Positions 7,404-15,100 of a stretch of 64,000 nucleotides of DNA are shown here, in pieces. Origin of the DNA: an uncultured Bacteroidales bacterium (lineage in GTDB: Bacteria; Bacteroidota; Bacteroidia; Bacteroidales; FEN-979). The stretch spans positions 74,986 to 138,985 of the forward strand of contig CAIYUC010000066.1 of NCBI GenBank assembly GCA_903929315.1, read 5' to 3'. The position numbers were made by a program, and so were the translations under genes. The notes under the pieces are model-generated. The model was not told where the DNA came from, did no database searches, and was given only the letters and a program-made list of their open reading frames with translations. Position 1 is the stretch's first letter; every line of letters starts with the position of its first letter.

Positions 7404-10369
7404 TGCCGACAAAAAAAATCCTGGATCCGAAGGAGTACTATTTCATTGACACCTCCTTTAATCTTCTGATGAAAAAGAGGATCTACCAGGTATTGCTCAT
7501 CTCCAGTACATATGATGCCTTCATGCTTGAGGAAGATGGCAGGATTGATGAGACCATCTTCATGGAATACGTTTCCCTGAGCCTTCGTTATGCACCGCAA
7601 TTTATTAAGGTGACTTCTGAAGAAGAAGCCTTTGAAGTGCTCGAAGATAAACGTATTGAGCTTGTAATTTCCATGTTAAGCCTTGAGAAATCAACAACTT
7701 TCGATCTTGCCAAACGGATCAGGCAAAATTATCCGAAGATTCCCATTGTCATTCTGACTCCATTCTCGAGGGAAGTTAATCTTAAACTTACCGAAAAAAA
7801 ACTGGCAGGTGTCGATTATGTTTTCAGCTGGCTTGGAAATGCGGATATTCTTCTTGCAATCATCAAGCTGATCGAAGATAAGATGAACATCGATCAGGAT
7901 GTGAAACAAGGGATCCAGGCCATTTTACTGGTTGAGGACTCGATCCGGTTTTATTCAAGCTATCTTCCGAATATCTACAAGATCATGTTTAAGCAGTCCA
8001 AGGGTTTCATGACCGAGGGACTGAATGAACACCAGAAAATGATACGGATGAGGGGACGTCCGAAGATCCTTCTTGCCACAAACTATGAAGAAGCCGTCGA
8101 TATGTTCGAAAAATATAAGAACAATCTCTTGGGCGTCATTTCAGATATTAGCTTTTGTAAAGGCGGGGAAACTGATAAAACTGCAGGGATCCAGTTTGTA
8201 AAGCTGATCAGGTCCGAAGATGAATTCATGCCCATTTTGTTACAATCCGCGGATGCAGGTAAAGAGGCAATCGCAAAAGAGCTTAAAGTGGGGTTCATCA
8301 ATAAATTATCAAAAGCGCTTTCCATTGAACTCCGGAATTTTATCAATGAAAATTTTTTTTTCGGTGATTTTGTCTTCATAGATCCGTTAACAGGAAATGA
8401 AATAACCAGGGCGGCCAACTTAAAATCATTGCAGGATAAAATATTTGAGATTCCGGATAATTCTCTTCTCTATCATATGCAACGAAACCATTTCTCGAAA
8501 TGGCTAAACGCCCGTACCTTGTTTCCCATAGCAGAAATGTTCCGTGATATATCGGTTTCCCAGTTTCATGACATGGATGAAGCCAAGAGATACATTTTTG
8601 ATTCCATTACCGCATTCCGCATCAATAAAGCAAGAGGAGTAATTGCCGAATTTGACAGGGAACGGTATGATCAATATTTATCTTTTGCAAGAATAGGCGA
8701 GGGGTCGATCGGGGGCAAAGCCAGGGGGCTTGCATTCCTTGATTCAATGGCGAAACGTAACCGTCTGACATATAAATTTGAGGATGTTGTAATAACGATT
8801 CCCAGGACAGTCGTCCTTGGTACGGAGATCTTCGATGAATTCATGGAAGAAAACCATCTTCATGAATATGCACTTTCCGATCGTACCGACAAAGATATTC
8901 TTGCCCATTTTGTCAAAGCACGGCTGCCATTCAGCATACATGAAGATCTCTATACCTTTATTTCCTGTGTCAATAATCCCATAGCAGTGCGCTCCTCAAG
9001 CCTGCTTGAAGATTCCCATTACCAGCCTTTTGCAGGTATCTATTCCACCTACATGATCCCCAATATAAAAGTAAACGAAAGGATCATGATCCAGAAATTG
9101 ACGGAGGCCATTAAAAGTGTATATGCCTCTACGTTTTACAGGGACAGCAAATCATATATGGCCGCCACGCTGAATGTTATTGATGAAGAAAAAATGGGTG
9201 TGGTGCTCCAGGAAGTTACCGGCAGACAATATGGCGACCGTTTCTATCCTGCGATCTCAGGCGTCGCACGATCCATCAATTTCTATCCGATCGAACCTGA
9301 AAAACCGGAAGACGGGATTGCAAATATTGCCTTCGGCCTGGGGAAATATATTGTCGATGGTGGCAATGGCCTCAGGTTCTCACCAAAGTATTCTAAAAAG
9401 ATACTGCAACTTTCTACCCCGGAATTCGCCCTGAGTGAAACTCAACAAACATTTTTCGCCCTCGATCTGAAGGTTGAAAGTTTTATTCCGAATATCGACG
9501 ATACAATTAACTTATTGAAACTAAAGATTAAAGAAGCCGAAAACGATAGTGCTTTAAAAATGGTTGCTTCCACATTTGATTATGACAGCCATGTGATACG
9601 TGACGGAACTTTAACACCTGGAAAGAGAATCATCACCTTCTCACAGGTTTTAAATCATAATACTTTTCCCCTTGCAGAGATATTGCAAACTGTGCTTGAA
9701 ATCGGTCAGAGGGAGATGGGTAAACCGGTTGAAATCGAATTTGCTGTGAATCTCGATATGCCTAAAAACGAACCGAAAGTTTTCTCGCTTTTACAGATCA
9801 GGCCGATCGCCGGGAAAAATGAAACTGTAAACCTGAACCTTGATGAGATCTCCCGCGAAGACACCATCCTTCTGTCGGATTCTGCCCTTGGTAACGGGAT
9901 CATCAATAATATTGCCGATTTCGTATATGTGAAACCCGAATCTTTTAATGCTGCAAAAAGTCAGGAGATCACGCATCGTCTTGAATTGATCAATGATAAA
10001 TTCCTTTCGGAAAAGAAATTCTATATACTTATTGGTCCTGGCCGCTGGGGTTCAAGTGATCCATGGCTTGGAATCCCTGTTCGCTGGCCGCAAATATCTG
10101 CAGCCCGTCTGATCGTTGAATCAGGATTAGCCAATTACCGCATCGACCCGAGCCAGGGAACACACTTTTTCCAAAACCTGACCTCCTTTCGTGTGGGTTA
10201 TTTTACCATTAATCCGTATATTAACCAGGGATTTTATGATGTTGACTATCTGAATCAGGCACCTACATATTACGAAGACGAATATATCAGGCATATAAGG
10301 TTTGATAAGCCTTGCAGAATAGAAATCGACGGGAAAAAGAATATTGGGGTGGTTTATAAGCCTAAATAA
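7403..10369 (+). CDS. Receiver-domain-linked PEP/pyruvate-binding (PPDK_N / PEP-synthase ATP-grasp) protein with an unassigned C-terminal module
   Basis: 988 aa. Two receiver-like modules (the second has ILLVEDS...GVISDISF). IGGKARGLAFL, VRSSSLLEDSH and LLQIRPI are typical of the PpsA/PPDK nucleotide-binding domain. The C-terminus carries ILIGPGRWGSSDPWLGIPVRWPQIS...GTHFFQNLTS. Confidence 0.85.
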   Translation: MPTKKILDPKEYYFIDTSFNLLMKKRIYQVLLISSTYDAFMLEEDGRIDETIFMEYVSLSLRYAPQFIKVTSEEEAFEVLEDKRIELVISMLSLEKSTTFDLAKRIRQNYPKIPIVILTPFSREVNLKLTEKKLAGVDYVFSWLGNADILLAIIKLIEDKMNIDQDVKQGIQAILLVEDSIRFYSSYLPNIYKIMFKQSKGFMTEGLNEHQKMIRMRGRPKILLATNYEEAVDMFEKYKNNLLGVISDISFCKGGETDKTAGIQFVKLIRSEDEFMPILLQSADAGKEAIAKELKVGFINKLSKALSIELRNFINENFFFGDFVFIDPLTGNEITRAANLKSLQDKIFEIPDNSLLYHMQRNHFSKWLNARTLFPIAEMFRDISVSQFHDMDEAKRYIFDSITAFRINKARGVIAEFDRERYDQYLSFARIGEGSIGGKARGLAFLDSMAKRNRLTYKFEDVVITIPRTVVLGTEIFDEFMEENHLHEYALSDRTDKDILAHFVKARLPFSIHEDLYTFISCVNNPIAVRSSSLLEDSHYQPFAGIYSTYMIPNIKVNERIMIQKLTEAIKSVYASTFYRDSKSYMAATLNVIDEEKMGVVLQEVTGRQYGDRFYPAISGVARSINFYPIEPEKPEDGIANIAFGLGKYIVDGGNGLRFSPKYSKKILQLSTPEFALSETQQTFFALDLKVESFIPNIDDTINLLKLKIKEAENDSALKMVASTFDYDSHVIRDGTLTPGKRIITFSQVLNHNTFPLAEILQTVLEIGQREMGKPVEIEFAVNLDMPKNEPKVFSLLQIRPIAGKNETVNLNLDEISREDTILLSDSALGNGIINNIADFVYVKPESFNAAKSQEITHRLELINDKFLSEKKFYILIGPGRWGSSDPWLGIPVRWPQISAARLIVESGLANYRIDPSQGTHFFQNLTSFRVGYFTINPYINQGFYDVDYLNQAPTYYEDEYIRHIRFDKPCRIEIDGKKNIGVVYKPK

Positions 10370-10372
10370 AAA

Positions 10373-10396
10373 GTCACAAAGTCACAAAGTCAAAGG
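10373..10396. repeat. Tandem octamer GTCACAAA x3, starting 3 nt after a stop codon
   Basis: The direct read is gtcacaaagtcacaaagtcaaagg. Confidence 0.8.
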
Positions 10397-10434
10397 TTTA
10401 GTAAATTTCTTATCAATCATTATTTTTACTGTAA

Positions 10435-11760
10435 ATGAAACGAGTTTTGATCCTGTACACTTTCGTTGCTGCTCTGGGCGGACTGGTATTTGGTTTCGAT
10501 ACGGCTGTGATCAACGGCGCATTACCTTTCTTTACAAAGCATTTTGATCTGAGCCATGCAATGCAGGGTTGGGCCGTTAGTTCAGCACTGATCGGGTGCA
10601 TTTTCGGAGCTTTATTCATCGGCCGACCCGGTGATACATATGGCCGGAGGTATATGCTGAAAGTTCTGGCCATTCTTTTCATTGTATCTTCCATCGGTAC
10701 GGGGATGGCTTCGAGTCTGACTATTTTCGTGATCTTCCGCTTCATCGCGGGCCTCGCAATCGGAGGCGCTTCTGTCCTTTCACCGATGTATATCTCAGAG
10801 ATCGCACCGCCGAAGCAGAGAGGACGTTTAACAGCCACTTTCCAGTTGGCCATAGTGATCGGAATATTGGTTGCCTTCTTTTCTGATTATCTCCTTATTA
10901 ACACCGGGCCTGAAAATTGGAGATGGATGTTCATCGCGGGTTTAATTCCCGGACTGGCGTTATTTATCTTGTTATTCTTCGTCAGTGAGAGCCCGCGCTG
11001 GCTGGTAAAGATGGGCCGGATGGAAGCAGCCCTTGATGTCATTACCTCTGTAAACACTGAAGCTGATCCTCACCAAACTTTGCGTGAGATTCAGGATTCC
11101 ATTAACAATGAGGTCATCGGGAAAAATATCTACCTTTTCAAAAAACCGTACCTGAAGCTTGTCATGATCGGCATTGCGGTAGGAATGTTCAATCAATTCA
11201 CCGGGATCAATATTATCATGTATTACGCCACCGATATATTCCGGTCAGCGGGCTTCTCAACAAACTCAGCGATTGGTCAAACAGTGATCATTGGTCTGAC
11301 AAATCTGCTCTTTACGCTCATCGCCATGTCGATCATCGACAAAGTAGGACGGAAGACATTACTCCTGGTGGGATCAATTGGTATGACGATCTTTCTCGGA
11401 TTGTTTGCATTCCTTTTTAAAAGTGGCAATACCGGTGGTTTCTGGATCCTTGGTCTGCTGATCGGTTTTATTGCATTTTTTGCCGCTTCACAGGGCGCTG
11501 TTATCTGGGTGTTGCTTTCGGAAATGTTCCCGAATAACATACGTGCCCGTGGTTCATCCATCGGCTCTTTCTCCCATTGGTTCTTCAATGCTTTGCTGTC
11601 CTTCCTTTTTCCGGTCGTGACCGGCGCATTCGGGGTGGGGAATGCCTTTGTGTTTTATGCTTTTGCAACATTTGTGAGTTTCTTCTTCTTCTTGTTCTTC
11701 CTCAAAGAAACGAAAGGTCGATCCCTTGAAGAGTTAGAAAAACATATGCTGGCGAAATAA
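10435..11760 (+). CDS. Sugar-porter family MFS transporter
   Basis: 441 aa with 12-TM character. Motifs GRPGDTYGRR, PESPRWL and PETKGRSLEELE are sugar-porter signatures. Confidence 0.9.
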   Translation: MKRVLILYTFVAALGGLVFGFDTAVINGALPFFTKHFDLSHAMQGWAVSSALIGCIFGALFIGRPGDTYGRRYMLKVLAILFIVSSIGTGMASSLTIFVIFRFIAGLAIGGASVLSPMYISEIAPPKQRGRLTATFQLAIVIGILVAFFSDYLLINTGPENWRWMFIAGLIPGLALFILLFFVSESPRWLVKMGRMEAALDVITSVNTEADPHQTLREIQDSINNEVIGKNIYLFKKPYLKLVMIGIAVGMFNQFTGINIIMYYATDIFRSAGFSTNSAIGQTVIIGLTNLLFTLIAMSIIDKVGRKTLLLVGSIGMTIFLGLFAFLFKSGNTGGFWILGLLIGFIAFFAASQGAVIWVLLSEMFPNNIRARGSSIGSFSHWFFNALLSFLFPVVTGAFGVGNAFVFYAFATFVSFFFFLFFLKETKGRSLEELEKHMLAK

Positions 11761-11786
11761 CAAATAGCTTTTTCCACCGCTAAGCA

Positions 11787-11961
11787 CCTCACCCCTAAGG
11801 GGTTGTCTAATAAGTTGGAAAGTTAATGTTTCTCGCTGAGTTTCGCTGAGTTAAACGCAGAGTCACGCAAAGTTAAAACTCTTGTTTTCAACATTCTGCG
11901 AAAATCTGCGATTAATCTGCGGAAATCTGCGAGAAAAAAAAGAAACTTATTGGACACCCCC
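11787..11961. repeat. About 175-bp palindromic 'word' element (copy E2) with the same termini as E1/E3 but arms made of CGCTGAG/CGCAGA words
   Basis: The left terminus cctcacccctaaggggttgtctaataagtt matches the reverse complement of the right terminus, gggggtgtccaataagttt. Arm tttctcgctgagtttcgctgagttaaacgcagag pairs with ctgcgattaatctgcggaaatctgcgagaaa. Confidence 0.7.
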
Positions 11962-11977
11962 AATCTTTTGTTCGTCT

Positions 11978-12170
11978 CAGCTCGCGCGCGTTTGTAACGC
12001 GTGCGTAATCCTAATCTCTATTTGGCGCGCGTCTCTGACGCGTGACACATTTTTCAGCTCGCGCGCGTTTGTAACGCGTGCGTAATCCTAATTTCTATTT
12101 GGCGCACGTCTCTGACGCGTGACACATTTTTCAGCTCGCGCGCGTTTGTAACGCGTGCGTAATCCTAATC
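11978..12170. repeat. REP tandem array: 77-bp unit x2.5, each unit carrying one A-type and one B-type REP hairpin
   Basis: The unit start cagctcgcgcgcg recurs at 11978, 12055 and 12132. A-type is gcgcgcgtt-tgt-aacgcgtgc and B-type is gcgcgcgtc-tct-gacgcgtg. Confidence 0.9.
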
Positions 12171-15100
12171 TTTCAAACAACGAACCGAGAAAGCATCCGT
12201 CTTAAAAGCCGGATATACCGACACACTTGGATTCGGATCGTTCATTCCGTGTGCCCAGGCTTTCAACGTTCCATGGGCTGTGGAGGACCAAAAGAATGTC
12301 GCGAACCCCTGATAATCCCAATTTTTATTAAGATACCTGGCACCGGAAAGAATAGCATTAAACCCTGAAAATCCTGAATATTTTAACGGACTGCCTGCAA
12401 AGCCATTACTGATATAATTTGCAAACAAGGTATTCCAATCAGCTTCAGTAGGAACGTGCCATCCCGGCGGGCACATTCCCTGGGTTGAAACGGTTTCGTC
12501 ATATTGCATGACTTCATCCCACTGGTAATACGTTTGTTGTCCGCAGTTAGCAACCGCATCATTATAACAATACTTCTCCCAAATGCAGTTATCCCTCTGG
12601 GAGGTATTTCCTGGAATAAGAGTTCCATAATCAAGATTTGCAGCCATCCAGCATTGGGAACCGATCTGGACAGTAGGATAAACCTTGTTATCTCTTACAT
12701 CTGTGATATTGTTTCCACAAGCAAAAACCGGTGCTGCAACAATTGAAATTGCATGTGTGGCACTGGCACTGCAAAGTGCAGCATTGGTGTAAGTATAACT
12801 CAGTATTTTTAAACCTATCCCAGCCGTTGAAGGTGTGAAAATGCCAGTTAAAGAATTTACTCCCGGCCCTGAATAAGTTCCTCCCAATGGTATCCCGCCT
12901 TTAAGTTTTAAGGGCTGTGCACTGTTTGTGGTAATTGTATCGAAGCAAGCTGTAAATGTAACCACTGAAACTAATGTGCCACTCATGATAATGGTATTTG
13001 AGGTTGCAGGATTCCCCGTGACACATGCAAGGTTAGACGTCAGGATGCAAGATACCAGATCGCCGGATGCCGGATTATAGGTATATGTGGGAGAATTTGT
13101 TCCTTTATTGATTCCGTTGACTTTCCATTGATATGCCGGGTTTGCGCCGCCATTCACGGGGGTTGCTGTGAACGTAACTGAATTTCCGGGGCAGAATGGA
13201 TTGGTTGAGGCGGAAATGGTTATCCCTGCCGGGAGGTTTGCATTAACGACCATCGTTATTGAATTCGATGTGGCAGGATTTCCAACCGGACAGGCAATAT
13301 TTGATGTCATCACACAGGATACAACATCTCCGTTGTTTGGTGAATAAGAATAAACTGGATTATTCGGCCCAACATTGATCCCGTTTACTTTCCATTGATA
13401 TGATGGTAATGTGCCTCCATTGGTTGGGGTAGCTGTAAATGTCACAGAGCTTCCCTGACAGAATGGATTAGCGGATGCTGAAATAACAACACTGACTGGA
13501 AGATTAGGATTGACGGTCATGGTAATCGTATTACTTGTCGCTGGATTTCCAGTAGGACATAGGATATTGGAGGTAAGAACACAATTAACGATATCCCCGT
13601 TTACCGGTGGGTAGCTATATATTGGATTATTTGTACCGACAATTAATCCATTTACCTTCCATTGATATACAGGTAAAGTTCCTCCATTAATCGGTAATGC
13701 AGTATAAATAACAATCGTTCCCGAACAGACCGGGTTTGCAGACGATGAAATGGTAACAGTTACAGGATTCAGTGGGTTGACGATCATTGTTACAACATTG
13801 GAAGTAGCCGGGTTCCCACTGGCACATAAGGCGTTTGACGTGAGTATGCAATTAATAACATCTCCATTGACCGGTGTGTAGCTATAAATAGGATTGTTTG
13901 TGCCAACAATTATTCCATTAACTTTCCACTGATAAACCGGGGTTGTGCCGCCATTGACGGGAGTTGCCTGGAACGTCACGGACGTTCCACTACAAACGGG
14001 ATTTGCTGATGGTGAAATTGTAACACTGACTACCACATTGGTATTTTCAACCATCGTAATTGCATTTGATGTTGCAGGATTTCCTATTGGACAAGGAATG
14101 CTTGAATTCAAAACACATGAAACGACATCTCCGTTATTGGGAACAAATGAGTACACCGGACTACTCAGGCCGACATTTCCCCCATTTACTTTCCACTGAT
14201 ATAATGGTGTTGTACCTTCATTCATTGGAATAGCTGTGAAAGTAACAGTTGAATCTTGGCAGAAAGGATTAGATGAGGCACTAATGGAGAGACTGACCGC
14301 AAGGATTGGATTGACAATCATAGTTATGACATTGGATGTATCCGGGTTATTCATGATGCAGCCGGTGATCGAAGAAGTCAATATACACCTTACTAAATCG
14401 TTGTTTAATGGTGTATAAGAAAAAGAGGGAGAACTGGCTCCTATGTTGATCCCATTAACCTGCCACTGATAGAAAGGATTCCCTCCTCCGTTTGATGCTG
14501 TTGAATTAAACGTAACCTGTGTTCCTTCACAAACATTATTTGATGTGGCAGTGATGGTTATATTGACGGCCGGGCTTGGAGTTACTGTGACATTATAATC
14601 AGTGGGTGAGTCTGCAGAACATCCGTTGGCATCCGTAAAATTGACATAAACATGCTGCGTTCCTGCAGCATTCCAGGTAACCGTTACCGTATTATCCGTG
14701 GTTGAGCCCCCTGATGTTATAACTCCTCCTGCTGAAACACTCCACTGGTAATTCGATTTCCCTGAAGCTGTGGAATAGACCTTTCCCGGGCCGGCACAGG
14801 TATTATTGGGGCCGGAAATTACAGGAACAGGGGCTTGGTTTACCGTAACATATAAATATGCTGTAGCACCGGAATCACACTTATTTAATGCTTGTACTCC
14901 GATTGTTCCTGAAATGGCAGAATTGCTGATATCCACTATAATACTTGGAGTTCCTACACCGCTCGTAAGAGTGAAGCCCGCTGGTAATGTCCAGATATAA
15001 TTCACAGCATGGGTAAGTGATGGAATTGAATAACTAATCCCGTTTGAAGGCTTACATACATTGACCGGTCCGGTAATGGGGCCGGCAGTATCGATTGGCC

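Noticed and set aside
10413-10853. Long antisense or alternative-frame ORFs inside confident genes. Examples are 10413..10853(-), 3823..4449(-), 26934..27644(-), 40335..40865(-), 43190..43672(-), 52842..53402(+), 57203..57907(+), 28445..28942(-) and 19771..20268(+).
   Set aside because: These are shadow ORFs opposite or overlapping genes with strong family motifs. Their translations are low-complexity and match no family I recognise.
12985-14580. Near-identical repeats in the adhesin as a diversity-generating retroelement target, or as a template/variable repeat pair.
   Set aside because: There is no reverse transcriptase gene in the window. The differences between repeats are not adenine-specific. 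The repeats are in-frame domain duplications.
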